NCBI GenBank assembly: GCA_030324005.1
Contig: JARDVH010000132.1
Span: forward strand, 72,328,325 to 72,392,324
DNA length: 64,000 nt
Direction of reading: 5' to 3'
Origin: Negaprion brevirostris
Lineage: Eukaryota
Position 1 is the stretch's first letter; each line of letters starts with the position of its first letter. The notes beneath the pieces are model-generated. The model had not been told where the DNA came from. It did not search any database and saw only the letters and a list, made by a program, of their open reading frames with translations. The translations under genes were made by a program, and so were the position numbers. Shown piece by piece: positions 11,601-25,214 of the stretch.

Positions 11601-14077
11601 CAATAGAAGCTTTCCTTGAAACTTCATAAACATTCCCAAGTGTTTTTCTTTTCGGGAGTGTCCTGGAGGGGAATTTCTCATCAGAAGTTCAAACATCTCG
11701 AGCAATTCCCATACAGTCAGTGCCTCAGAACCTCTGTGGGGTACTAACACACATCTTGAGTCATACATTTGGTCTCCAACAATCTGGAGATAAAAAGATC
11801 TGGACCAATATTATAAATTACTCTAATTTTTTCAGACTGTAAAACCTGCTCTGAATTTAATAACAATCATCCAGAAGAGAATGTGATAGCACAAGCCAAC
11901 ACTTTAATGCTTACAGTGCATGCTCTGAATGCCTCTGGAGGGACCCAATCTAATACGGCAAAATAAGCAGCCTTACTATTGATGCCCAATCCCTACCTGT
12001 GAGTAGCCTGATCAAAGGGCACTACTGAGCAGGTAGCTCGTCAGAAAACTTCTCAACTTAGCAGACTTCCTCAGTTTGAAGGGTGCCTTTCAATCTGATA
12101 TTCGTAGATGGAGGCAGGATTGAGTTGGACCCAGCTACTCCAGAAGTAGATCCTAGGTAGCCACGGGACAGGCTGGTTAAACACTGAGCTTGATTCTCTG
12201 GGACTTTGTCCCAGTTTTTTTCAGAAGCTGTTAGGCTCTCTATTCCTCACCCGTTCCCCTTATCACACCCATCGCCATGACAAGTCCTTGCCAACTCATG
12301 CCCCCATCCACTGCCATGTCCCCTCATACACCCATACCATTTTCATGTCAAAGTATACCTCCACCCACCCTCATGCCTTCATAGCTCCCCACCCAGTATT
12401 CAACATGGGCAGACTTCAGGAGCCATGCCAAGATGAAAAAATAAACTTCTAACAATCTAATACAGTTTTTGCTTCTAAAGACTTAACGTGAAAGTATCTC
12501 ACATTCATGAAACTTACCCAAAGCTGTTAAATCTCCTCAAATAGTTAATCTAAAACATCCAACTATTCAGACCACCATTAAAGACAGCTAAATCTTTTAA
12601 TACATTATATAAATGGTTAATCAAACTATGAACTCAAAACTCCCTGGTGAGATAATTGTAGCTTTTGAAACTCAGCCAAACATTTATCATGACATAACAA
12701 TAGCCATTGAGAAATGTAAACAGAGAACTCCACTGAAATTGCATGAACGGTTTTTTTTCTAATCTACAACAGATGGCCTGCCAATCAAAGCAGTCCAGCA
12801 GGTAGCAGTTTTCTAACTACCCTCCCCCCCAACCCACCGGGTTAAAGAGCTGGCAATTGAAAATAAACTTCAGATCATGACACTTAGACAGACCTCATCT
12901 GCCCTTCTGAGAAAGATTTGTTCCATCAATTTGTGACGCCAACATTGTGGGTTAACACCAGTCAAGTCAACACCAGTTAAGACCAGTCAAATTGGGATCT
13001 GTTTGAACTCAACACTCAGTCCTAAAGTTCCAAGCACCAGCTGAGTTTTGGATTACCATTTATGTGAATGCCCTTGACCCTAGCCCTGCTGCAAAAATTG
13101 GAAATGTTTGAAATCCAGTCGAAACTTCTGCATCAGGTCCCTGCTGCCAGTTTTAAAGGTCCGAGGAATCTTCCTGACTCTGGTAAAATCCAGTCTCAGG
13201 TCATTGAAAATCAGTTTTAAATAAAAAGTACTGACCCACCAGGCAGTTTAATTTATGCACATTCTTCAATTTATTAATAAATTACACACATTTTAATGTG
13301 AAGATCTTCCAAAATGTGTCTATTGTTTCCGTGTGCCTAAGAAAATGAATGTCATTTAAAGAAGCTCCCTGAACAAGCACAGTTGGCAGAATCTCACAAT
13401 TTTTAACAGGGGAGACGACTACTTTGTGTGAGAGGCCCGATTTGGGTGAGTGAATCTTAACTGACCACAAAATCATAAACATAAATGCTTTTGATACAAC
13501 TCACTTTTAAAATTCCCTAATTGCATGCATTCTTTCAGTCAATTCCACATGGATTGTGCTGATATGACTAGTAGAAATTCAACTCCATTACTTGCACTGT
13601 TCTCTGAGTAAAATAAATATTTAATTTATCATAATTTTGAACAATATCCAACATTATTTTCAAGAGGATATCAGAAGGGCTGTAAAATGAATTGCAGAGT
13701 CATAACGCTATTATTGCTGATAACCAATTTCACACTCAAACATATTGACAGGTTATGTAGGCTTTGCTCCATCAATTAAAGTGCTTTGCTTCTGTGATTC
13801 CCAAGTTTGTACTGCTAACAGTCCAAAATAAATCCTACTTCTTTGCCATATTGAATCCTAACCACATTAAATTCCTGAGCCAAGTGGTGCAATTATATTC
13901 CTATTAGAGAATGAAACTGTTTTCCTAACAAAGTATGACCCAAACTGTGGTTTCATTATAACAATCTGAATCAACTTGCTTCTTATGTCTAAGCTCTCCT
14001 GTGCTATTTCTATATTTGAAAAGCATACGGTCCCAGCCATGAGGGTAAGATCCCATTCGTAATCCTTGCAGTGTTTA

Positions 14078-14570
14078 TAAGAACATAAGAAATAGGAGCA
14101 GGAGTAGGCCATCCAGCCCTTCGAGCCTGCCCTGCCATTCAATAAGATCANNNNNNNNNNNNNNNNNNNNNNNNNNNNNNNNNNNNNNNNNNNNNNNNNN
14201 NNNNNNNNNNNNNNNNNNNNNNNNNNNNNNNNNNNNNNNNNNNNNNNNNNNNNNNNNNNNNNNNNNNNNNNNNNNNNNNNNNNNNNNNNNNNNNNNNNNN
14301 NNNNNNNNNNNNNNNNNNNNNNNNNNNNNNNNNNNNNNNNNNNNNNNNNNNNNNNNNNNNNNNNNNNNNNNNNNNNNNNNNNNNNNNNNNNNNNNNNNNN
14401 NNNNNNNNNNNNNNNNNNNNNNNNNNNNNNNNNNNNNNNNNNNNNNNNNNNNNNNNNNNNNNNNNNNNNNNNNNNNNNNNNNNNNNNNNNNNNAATGATC
14501 ACTCTCCCCAAGAGGATCCTTCACCACAAGGTCCCTAATTCTACCCGCCTCATTACACAACACCAGATCC
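14078..14570 (-). mobile_element. CR1 LINE pieces either side of a gap
   Basis: 3' tail taagaacataagaaataggagcaggagtaggcc; endonuclease motif LCNEAGRIRDLVVKDPLGESDH on the minus strand. Confidence 0.8.
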
Positions 14571-15529
14571 TTTGCTAAAAGTCATTGGTGAACTAGTTGG
14601 ATTTTGTATCAGAATCCAAAAGCTTCATTATCATTTTTAATAGAATCCAACAATTTTTTATTTCCATAATTTTTGAATCAAAGTTAAAGTCTCAAATTGC
14701 CACGGTCGAGTTTGAACTCAATTAGTGGCACGTGCATTTTATGTTACCAATCTAGTGACAAAATCCTTAATCTACCATACCCAAAGATACCTACGATAGC
14801 CAATAAAATAGTGCAGAGTTAATGGGCTAAATGGTGGAATCCTGTTCCTCGATTTCTATTTTTTAATGTTTAAATGGATCATTTGGAAGGATGTGGGACA
14901 AAATTCAACTATTTGATTTGGAAGGACACTGGACAGAACTTTCCATTCTGGGGCTAAGTCCTATGGTGCAGAGGTGGACACGGAGTATTTCCTGCCATGG
15001 AGATTGGTGGAAATTCATGCCGTAACAACTGACCCTGGCCTCACTAAATGCACACTGGTGGGTTTTGCATCAATTTGTGTTGTGGGGTGGGCTGGATAGC
15101 TCATGCCCTGCCATTATACCCATGTACCATTTTTAACATGTGTTCAGACATGACTGACCTGTCATTGAAGGTAGAAGATGGACTTCCAGGAACACTTTGA
15201 AGAAAAAAAGTGGATCTCCTGAAGAAAGAAGTTGGAGCTGGAAGATGGACCTCCTCGAAGACACTGATGCTGGAAGGTCCACCTGATAGATGCTCCACCC
15301 ATCCATTGCTGCATGTTCCAGGTGGAGTTCCTTGGGCAGCTCAAAATGGTCCATCTGCTTCTGTGCTACATCAATCCCAATATATACCTGAACTATTTTT
15401 CTGGACTGCAGCTCTTATGCATGTTGGACTCTGGTCAGGTTCCCACCATACAAAGGAAGCCTCCAGCATCAACTGATGGAAATGAAGCAAGGCTGCAGTG
15501 GAAAATCTGCTGCAGTGCCTCAAAAAGGT

Positions 15530-16925
15530 TCAGCCTGGTTAACTTGTTTTTCATTTTTGTGGAAGTAAAGTGACAAGTAAGTTTGACGAGGGTAGTTTGT
15601 TGGACACAGTCTACATGGGTGTAGCAAGGCCTTTGAAACGTTCCACATGACAGACTGGTCAAAAAATTAAAAGTTCATGGAATCCAAGCATTAGTGGCAA
15701 GTTGGATCCAAAATTGGTTCAGTGACAGGAGCAACGGGTAGTTATTAACAGGGTTTTTGTAACTGTAAGGCCATTTTCATGAGAATCAATAGGGTTCAGT
15801 AATAGTTATCTTGCTGTTTGTTTTATATATCTTTAATCTTAAATGTAGGGATTTTGTCAATGATATGAAGATTAGCCATGCGGTTGATAATGAGGAAGAA
15901 AGCTGCAAACTACAGGAAGATGTCAAGAACTGGTCAAGTGGGCAGATAAATGGCAAATGGAATTCAGTCTGGAGAAGTGAAAGACAATACATTTGGGGAG
16001 AACAGACAAAGTAATGGTAGGATTCTGAAAGTGTAGAGGAAGAGGACAGGATTTTGAAGTGTATATCCACAGATCCCTGAATGCAGCAGGGCATTGTGGT
16101 CGAGAAAACACACAGGACAATTTCCTTGATTGGCTAACAAATAAATACAAATAGATTATTCTATAACTGTATAAAACATTAGATTGGCCACAACTTGAAT
16201 ATAGTCTTGGTCCCACATTATAAGAAAGCTGTGATTGCACTAGGTGGAAACAGAAGACAAGGATGCTGTCAAGAATGGGGAATTTTAACCATGAAGAAAG
16301 GTTGAATAGGCTGGGGTTGCTCTCACTGGAACAGAGGAAGCTGATTTCATTGAGATATATAAAATCAAGGGTCCTAGATAGAGTGGATAGAAAGGACCTA
16401 TTTCCCTGAGCAGTGAGGTCAATAACCAGGGGCACAGATTTAAAATAATTGGTAGTGGCACAGCGGATAGCACTGTTGCCTCATAGTGCCTGCGACCTGG
16501 GTTTGATTCCTGGCTTGGGTAACTGTCTGTGGAGTCTGCACATTCTTCAGGTGCTCCAGTTTCCTCCCACGGTCCAAAGACGTGCAGGTTGGGTGAACTG
16601 GCCATGCTAAATTCTCTCTCAGTGTACCCGAACAGGTGCTGAAGTGTGGCGACTAGGGGGATTTTCAGTTACTTCATTGCAGTATTAATGTAAGCCTACT
16701 CGTGACTAATAAATAAACTTGATTGGAACGCAGTCTGAAAAGCTGGTTAAGGAAGAAATTGTCACTGAATTAAAAAAAAACACTTAGACAATGTGTGTAT
16801 GAGGTGCTATAANNNNNNNNTACAAAACAAGCACTGGAAACTGGAATTAAACCTGATAACTCTAGCAGCCGGGGTGAACACAACAGGCTGACTGGCCTCC
16901 TTCTTGTTATAAATTTTTCTGTGTT
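15530..16925 (+). mobile_element. Decayed CR1 LINE ORF2 3' part, split by a SINE
   Basis: RT remnants (FV.DMKI...VDNEEE..KLQED; LYKTLDWPQLEY; RLGLLSLEQR; TRGHRFKI); CR1 tail resumes after 16720. Confidence 0.8.
16451..16720 (+). mobile_element. tRNA-derived V-SINE (HE1-related head, different tail)
   Basis: A box gtggcacagcgg, B box gtttgattcc, V-domain core ggtgctccagtttcctcccacggtccaaagacgtgcaggtt, A-rich end taataaataaac. Confidence 0.85.
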
Positions 16926-17925
16926 CCTATTAAAAAATGACAGAAGAACTTTTAATTTTTGAACTATTTGAAGGAAGGTTTTGAACCTCTTTGGGGTGAG
17001 GGAATGGTGTTTGGTAGAAGGACTGCAGAAAATGCAAAGAAATAGTGTTACTCATGTTTTTCCTGTTATCCTAGGAACTCTGTTGACATTATGACAAATG
17101 ATCAGAAATTTAACCACTATGGAAGCAAGTCAGGCTGAGGAAAGGGAGAGATGGGCAGTAACATTTGAAAGAGTGGACTTGCAACATCTACCCCAGGGTC
17201 TGACACTCTTCTCCTGGAAATCTCTGATGAAGGCACTGACAAAGGTAGCAATCAGAGAGGTTGGTGGGATTCCAGGCCCGAATGTATGGCTGGTTGGCCA
17301 ATAGGCAGTTTGCTGATCTTTCGGCTGGAGAGGGAGAGACAAATTTCTGGTGGCAGTACCAGTGGCTGGGATGAGGCATCAATCCTCCCTGCAATCTTTC
17401 CTTTCACCTTTGGTCCATACAGTAGAAGAAAATTCAGCCTCAGACCACAAAGCATTCTTTTTAACAAAGTATGCTTTCTAAAAATAAGTTCACATAGCCA
17501 ATTTTCATATCAGGATTTTGGCTGTGCAAAGTGTAAACTGCATCTGTGAGGATGGCTCCACACCATTTATCTGCATGGAATGTATTGCGAGCTGAACAAT
17601 TTCACCATACAATGCAATTTGGGTGACTGACACATGAAGTGCCAAGTAACAAGTGTGCAAGATACTCCTGCGATAAATCTACTTTTTAGCAATGCTTTAT
17701 GCTTTTGAATGAAACTCGAACATTCAATTTCATTGCATTTTTTCAAAATAAATTAACATTTTCAGAATTTTGGAAATAAAATATTGTTTGGTTTGGTACA
17801 TATCTTTAGTTCTTTATCATAATCAGCATTATAAAATTACAGGACACCATTAGTAGTATGCATGGGACAGATAACTTAATACAGTCTCACTCTCAGCAAC
17901 TATTCTCGCTTGTAAATAACCTTAC

Positions 17926-18084
17926 CAGACAAATTAATTCTGGTGCATGTACGACCATTGCCACTGAAACCTGGTGGGCAGCGGCCACATGTATAGCCAA
18001 CCTCTGGTGGTCTGCGACCATAACATTGTACTCCAGCAAAACATGGCTTGTTGGAACAGCCACTACTGAAGCTAGGAACATGAA
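17926..18084 (-). CDS. VWDE: VWDE exon 13 of 14: EGF-like repeat
   Basis: ttttctcttcag|TT CAT GTT ... TCT G|gtaagg; (V)HVPSFSSGCSNKPCFAGVQCYGRRPPEVGYTCGRCPPGFSGNGRTCTRINLS; 159 nt, phase 1 to 1. Confidence 0.9.
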
Positions 18085-19012
18085 CTGAAGAGAAAAAGCA
18101 GAACATTGCAATTAGCAGTAACAAGACGACAGCTTGGGGACAAATATCTAAAATTTAAGAAATGATGCGTGCATGTAGCTGGACTGAATACAATATATGG
18201 AGAAAACATGAGCCTGTGAGCAATTAACTATTCCTGAAGATAAACTGAAGCTTTTTTAAAATTTAAAACTAAGCACTCTAACCCAACTATTGGTTGAAGA
18301 TATTTATATTTATGTCATTTCACTAACACAGTTACTTATTTGATTAAATACGTGCTTATTTGAAAACAAACCATGTGCAGGGTTATGGGGAGAAGGCAGG
18401 AAAATGGCACTAGATGAAATGCCAATTCAGAAGACGGTAACTGGGGTGAGAGGGGCTCAGGGTTGTGACAATGGGGGATCACAAGTCGAGTGGGTAGGGA
18501 GTTTGGATGTCGGGGATGTGTGGAGAGATCAAAAGCAGGGTATGGAGGTTTGAAAGTTTAGGGCTTTGGGTAGCCTGGAAGTTTGGGCGGTGGGGTGGGG
18601 TGGCAGGTCAAAGATTGAGGGATTGGTAGTTGAACCTCGGTGATGGACTTTGAAGGGAGGTGGAGGTCAAGGGATAATCAGACCTCAGAGGTGGTAGAGC
18701 CAGGCCTCCAGGGTGGTGGTGGTGGTTGGACATCATGAGGATATGGAATGGGGGATGGTAGGGTCGGTTGAGAATACTGTGGAGTGGGTTGGTTTGTGAG
18801 GCATGGGGTGGGCGGTAGTTAGGAGATGGGAGGATTTCCCTTGGGGTTCAAGGATTTTGGGGAAGTCAATCTGGGTCTTTATAAATGTTAGCCAGAAGTT
18901 CAAAGAGGTTTTAATTCTTTTAATTTATTGATGGTAACTATTTGTACAAAATAGCCAGCATCATCTGAAGTTTGCGATTTAAATTACATGTTTGAATGGT
19001 TCAGGGCAATTG

Positions 19013-19132
19013 TTCTGAGTTCTGAGGCCAGAACTCTCCATTCACCTGACGAAGAGGGGAACCTCGAAAGCTTGTGAGTTTACTATCAAATAGTTCGGTT
19101 GGACTTAAACCTGGTGTTGTCAGACTTCTTAC
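19013..19132. mobile_element. Short Penelope-like terminal fragment with 10-bp TSD
   Basis: cacctgacgaag...gaaagcttgtga...ggttggacttaaacctggtgttgtcagacttcttac; flanked by agggcaattg at 19003-19012 and 19133-19142. Confidence 0.65.
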
Positions 19133-19854
19133 AGGGCAATTGCCCAGAAGAAGTTTGCACTTCTGGGCAATTGTCTTGGAAACCTTTATCTGGGAAGTTC
19201 TAATGGCAATTCGCCGATGCATCGTTGGCGTACCTCCCCGAATCCATCATTAGGGAGCTCAGAAGTTACAGCACCTTGTTTAAAAATACATCAAATAATA
19301 CTTCAATTTTGTTTAAGTTACTTCTGAAATTAGAAACAGCAGTGAATAGTAACATAAATTGCCAAGTAACCTACAGACTAAAATTTATCATAATTGGCAG
19401 CATAAAATGGCTTTTACTGCAAGAATCAGGTACAAGTTGTTTTTCCTGCTTGATACTTAATTCCATACAAGCCCACATTTATAACTGGTGCCAGAGGTGC
19501 TACCATTCAAACAAATATCTATCATCCATAGGCTCAATGATTACAGTCCCATCAGTTATAAGGTCAGAGGAAAGCATGGAGTGAAAATTTAATGAATTTG
19601 ACCCACTCAATTGCTCTTCTACAGCCTATATAAAATCTAACATGCTCAATTTTGGGGATGTGGCTATTTGTAATGAAAGTTGTGAAAGCCTACAATAAAA
19701 CATACAATGGTTATCAAAGTAAGCAAATAAATAGAAAATGTAGTGCAATATAATTTTTTTTTGGAAATGCGTTCTGCCCTTTCACATGTTAAAAAATGAA
19801 TCCCCAACGGTGAAAAACAGAAGTAGTCCTGGAAAACGAGGTCTCCAATTTACA

Positions 19855-20550
19855 AACATAACAGCATTAGAAATAGGGAGTAGAATAATTCATGTGGCCC
19901 CTCAAACTTGCTTTTCCATTCAACAGAATTACGCCTCATCTTTGACCTCAGCTATACCTACTGCAGTGTCCCTTAGTGTCCAAAAACCTCTCGATATCTG
20001 ACATCATTATATTCAAGACCAAGCATTCACAGCTTTCTGGTATTGAAAATACTAAAAGTTCATAACTCGAGTATTTTTTATTTCAGTTCTAAATGATTCC
20101 TTTTATTCTGAGACTGTGATACTGTGTTCTAGATTCTCCAGGTGGGGCATCAATCTTCCCAACATCAACTCATCAAACTCCTTAAGAAACTTACGTATTT
20201 CAATGAAATCACCACACGTTCTTCTACTCACTAGGCAATATAGGCCTAGTCCATTCAATCTCTTCACTATAGGATAATTCCCTCACCCCAGGAATTGGCC
20301 TGATGAACCTTCTCTGACACTTCCTCTAAGATAAGTACATTCTTCCTTAGGTAAAGAACCAAAACTGCACACTGTTCTCCAGGTTTGGTCTTCCCAAGAC
20401 CCTATCCAATTACAGAAAGACTGTTATGCACTTGTACTTCGACACCAGTGTAATACAAGGTAACATATCATGTGCTTTCCTAATTGCTTGCTATACCTGC
20501 TTGTTAACTTTGTGATTCTTGTGCAGGGACACCCCGATCCTTCTGAATAC
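19855..20550 (-). mobile_element. Old CR1 LINE 3' fragment
   Basis: tagaaatagggagtagaa tail; aaaactgcacactgttctccaggtttggtct is the reverse complement of the CR1 RPxLEYCVQFW region. Confidence 0.75.
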
Positions 20551-22370
20551 CAGTCTCTATGTGACACGAGTTATCTGCGGACCACGTGACTGATGACTTT
20601 GGTGAACAACTCATGTACATGTGCAAGGTATACATACAATGAAGGCCATGCTGTTGCACAAAATGGAAAACAGCAGACCATTAGCTTTACCACATGGATT
20701 ACTTTGGAGGAGTCTTCCACACAGCTGAATCCTGAGAGTATAAAATTAGCTTTTGAAGCAATTCACTATAGCAGCCTCATTCTGAAGGGTCTTTAATGCT
20801 GTGCAGTTAAGCAGCCTTGCATGAGAGCAATCAATGCACCTCACTGCTGGATCTGAGAGTCAGTTTGCAGAGAAGTGGATTTGGACTTCCTGTCCAATAA
20901 GCCCCTTTGGTCTTGCACCATTAACAAAATGAGAACTGTAGGTTTCATTGCATTCGCCCTCCCCAACTGAGAGGGTTTCATGCCTCATGAGGCAGGGTAA
21001 CTCCCCATCACTGATACTCCCACACTGCCCTTGCAACCCAGCCTCTCCCAAAGCAGATCCCAGGGCCTCAAAGTTTCACCAAGTACAACCCCTCTATTGC
21101 CTCCCACCCATTTGCAGCTTCAACAAGGAAAGGCACCCACTGAGCTACCATTTGAAAAGTAACCCAGCTTGGTGGTGCCTGCTTGTCAACCAGCACATCC
21201 TCTGGGAGCAAGGGGTGACCTAATCTGAAGGAAAGATAAGGCCTCTGAGCAACCTACACACACACCGCTCTCCCATTGATGGGGACAATGACCCTCAGCG
21301 CCAACCCCAAGTTGCACTTGTATACGTCCCCAGCATTCTCCCTGGTGCCCCTTGAGTATTGGACTGCCTGGAAAGTAAAACTGCTAATAACATTTAAAAT
21401 GATGCAATCAATTAATGGTCACACTTCAGAAAAAACTATATTTTCAGTTTCTACTTGGGCCTTAAATACAAAGGATAATTCTGTCTTTACAAATATTAAA
21501 AATAATTTATTTAACAAAGGTTACGTGTCTGAAAAGATGCAAGTACTGATCACATCAGCCAATGCATCAGTCACCTGACTGGTACATTAAATTAATTGGT
21601 ATTTCAGATGGTCTATATGCTAGCCTGGAAGAAAATAGAGAGGAAAGTTGCAGATAGTGGTGACCTTTGTTGTTCCTACGGGGATGTTGGCTACAGCTGT
21701 CCTTGCAATTGATCTCTTGTTACTGACCCAGAGCCTCAATCAACCTTCAGAGAGATGTTTCAGGACCTTCATATATACTTGGTGAAATAATGGCATACAT
21801 TACCATCAAAGTAGCTCATATTAACTATCTTTTAAGTTGTCCTGTCAATTGTACAGGACTCTATCGTATGTATGAATTAGTTTTTTTACTTAAGTTGGTA
21901 CATTCTACTGAACTTACGAAAATGCTTCAACTGAAGTGGGATTCCAGGGGATTTTGCAAACAATATTTCGATTTTTGGTTAGTATAGGGATGTTCTATGT
22001 TTCAAAATCAAAAGTAGGAGAAAAAAAAACAATAAAAAACAGGCAAAAGGCATAATAATAAACAATTTTTAGAAACTACAGTAGAAAGTCTTTAAAAATT
22101 AGAGATAGTCATTAAAAATATCTCTTGCATTTTAACTACTTAATGCATGCAGCTTCTTTTACTTCTACTGTACAGGGGTAAGCCAAGTCAAATTTTGTTG
22201 TGAATGATAAGAAGCCATGAGCACTCACATTAACATGTATTTTGCTTTAATTAAATTAGGTTGTCTCAAATATATGCAAGATCCACTAGAACTAAACATC
22301 ACAGGCTCGAGGATATCAGTAGACACTAGAAAAGATCTGCGCTTTTAAATTTTCTAGAAGCTAACTTGAA

Positions 22371-22620
22371 TGACTGCCTGTGTGGAGTTTGCACATTCTC
22401 TGTGCGTGGGTTTCCTCTGGGTGCACTGGTTTCCTCCAACAGTGCAAAGATGTGCAGGTTGGGTGGATTGACCATGCTAAATCGCCCCTTAGTGTCCCAA
22501 GATGTTAGCAGAATAAGTTAGGGGAATTAGCAAGATAGATATGTGGGGTTAAGGGGATAGGGCTCTATCAGAGAATCAGTGGCTGAATGGCCTCCTTCTG
22601 CACTGTATGAATTCTATGAT
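22371..22620 (+). mobile_element. HE1-like V-SINE, 5'-truncated
   Basis: tgtggagtttgcacattctc...gggtttcctctgggtgc...aaagatgtgcaggtt; CR1-derived tail ggcctccttctgcactgt..gaattctatga. Confidence 0.85.
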
Positions 22621-23559
22621 AAGTACTCTTTTTCTTCCTTATCTTAATTTCCATCTCCTTTTTCATCCAGGGAGCTCTGGATCAGTTTGCCCTACCGTTC
22701 CCTTTCAAGGGAATATACCGTGACTGTGTTTGCATCATTTCTGTTTTGAAGTTAGCCCATTGTTCAGTTTTAGGTTTTCCTTTCAACTTTTCATTCAGGC
22801 TAACTGGCCCAGCGCCATTTTTGCCCACTGAAATTAGCTCTCCCCCAATTAATTATTTTTACTCTGGGTTGCCTATTTTCCTTTCCTATCATCACCCTAA
22901 ACCTTATGATACAAGGATTGCTGTCTTATAAAATGTTCGCCCACTGACACTTGATCTAATTGGCCCACTTATAGTCCAAGAGTCAGGTCCAACAGTGCAT
23001 CCATTCTTGTTGGACTGGACTGTGCTTGACACATTGAAATGTTTGTGAAATAGTGGATTGGCAAGGGACAATTTCCAATTTACGCAGTTGGCAAAGAAAA
23101 AGGAAACCAAATAATGTATGTGTGTAAATCATAGAACTGTTACTATTGCCAAATCAACAAATGGAAGAGAAAAAAAAATGTTGGATTATAGGAGAAAGAA
23201 TAAAAGACCCAGAAGGGAAAAAAGTTTAAAATATTCAAATAATTAAATTTTGAAGGAATAAGACTTCACACTAATGTTCAATGCCAGAGAAGTTGTTTGG
23301 CAGTAATTAAGGCTTATCACGCCATCAATTATTAACTCAAACTGGAATGGATCAGCCTCAACATTTTCTGGCAAGTTCAGTAAGTTTCCATCACATGCCA
23401 TTCCATGAGTTTCAATGCTCACTCGCTCATTGAGATATTGTCATAGCAGAGGTTCTGGGGAAACAGAACAACTCAGACAGCAACTTTCTGATTTTTGAGT
23501 GCAATTACTGGATGATGTTGCAGCATTAAAACTTAAGTGTTACTACTAATGAAACATCA

Positions 23560-25060
23560 TTATGTTGTGGGAGGCTAGGGAAGAAATTGTGGGTCCCCTA
23601 GCTGAGATATATGAATCATTAATAGTCACGGGTGAGAAGCCTGAAGATTGGAGAGTGGCAAATTTTGTGCCTTTGTTTAAAAAGGGCTGCAGGGAAAAAC
23701 CTGGGAACTACAGGCCAGTGAGCCTCACTTCTGTGGTGGATAAATTGTTGGAAGGTGTTTNNNNNNNNNNNNNNNNNNNNNNNNNNNNNNNNNNNNNNNN
23801 NNNNNNNNNNNNNNNNNNNNNNNNNNNNNNNNNNNNNNNNNNNNNNNNNNNNNNNNNNNNNNNNNNNNNNNNNNNNNNNNNNNNNNNNNNNNNNNNNNNN
23901 NNNNNNNNNNNNNNNNNNNNNNNNNNNNNNNNNNNNNNNNNNNNNNNNNNNNNNNNNNNNNNNNNNNNNNNNNNNNNNNNNNNNNNNNNNNNNNNNNNNN
24001 NNNNNNNNNNNNNNNNNNNNNNNNNNNNNNNNNNNNNNNNNNNNNNNNNNNNNNNNNNNNNNNNNNNNNNNNNNNNNNNNNNNNNNNNNNNNNNNNNNNN
24101 NNNNNNNNNNNNNNNNNNNNNNNNNNNNNNNNNNNNNNNNNNNNNNNNNNNNNNNNNNNNNNNNNNNNNNNNNNNNNNNNNNNNNNNNNNNNNNNNNNNN
24201 NNNNNNNNNNNNNNNNNNNNNNNNNNNNNNNNNNNNNNNNNNNNNNNNNNNNNNNNNNNNNNNNNNNNNNNNNNNNNNNNNNNNNNNNNNNNNNNNNNNN
24301 NNNNNNNNNNNNNNNNNNNNNNNNNNNNNNNNNNNNNNNNNNNNNNNNNNNNNNNNNNNNNNNNNNNNNNNNNNNNNNNNNNNNNNNNNNNNNNNNNNNN
24401 NNNNNNNNNNNNNNNNNNNNNNNNNNNNNNNNNNNNNNNNNNNNNNNNNNNNNNNNNNNNNNNNNNNNNNNNNNNNNNNNNNNNNNNNNNNNNNNNNNNN
24501 NNNNNNNNNNNNNNNNNNNNNNNNNNNNNNNNNNNNNNNNNNNNNNNNNNNNNNNNNNNNNNNNNNNNNNNNNNNNNNNNNNNNNNNNNNNNNNNNNNNN
24601 NNNNNNNNNNNNNNNNNNNTGGGACTTTTTTCTTTGGAGCGTAAGAGGCTGAGGGGTGACCTTATAGAGGTCTATAAAATAATGAGGGGGATAGACAAGG
24701 TTGATAGTCAATATCTTTTCCCAAAGGTTGGGGAGTCTAAAACTAGAGGGCATAGCTTTAAGGTGAGAGGAGAGTCTAAAACTAGAGAGCATAGGTTTAA
24801 GGTGAGGGGGAGAGATACAAAAGTCTTATTCACACAGAGGGTGGTGAGTGTCTGGAACAAGCTGCCAGAAGTAGTAGTAGAGGTGGGTACAATTTTACCT
24901 TTTAAAAAGCATTTAGATTTTTACATAGATACAACGGGTATAGAGGGATATGGGCCAAGTGCAGGCAATTGGGGTTAGCTTCGGGGTTTTTTAAAAAAAA
25001 GGCAGCGTAGACAAGTTGGGCCGAAGAGCCTGTTTCTATGCTGTAAACCTCTATGACTCT
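23560..25060 (+). mobile_element. Relatively young CR1 LINE ORF2 (RT) and 3' tail spanning a gap
   Basis: LWEAREEI.GPL..I...PEDWRVAN.VPLFKKG...PGNYRPVSLTSVV; GLFSLERKRLRGDLIEVYKIM...WNKLP; tail ctctatgactct. Confidence 0.92.
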
Positions 25061-25214
25061 AAACATCCAAGCCATAATATTATTCATTTGGAAAGGCCAA
25101 AAATATGCTAATATTCACTTCTCAAGGTACCTTGCTGCTTTATCTCAGTTTTATAAATAATGTTCATGTTTATTTTGGGTAATATACAGTAATACTATTT
25201 GGATTATTACTTGC

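Noticed and set aside
11583-11783. Possible extra VWDE exon after a good acceptor (tttttatctccag on the minus strand)
   Set aside because: The required phase-1 frame hits TGA within 8 codons; the open phase-0 frame resembles no domain I recognise.
23562-24978. Long ORFs of 200-400 aa in the ORF track (also 13867, 31201, 43028)
   Set aside because: They are open only because they run through N gaps; the real parts are CR1 or non-coding sequence.
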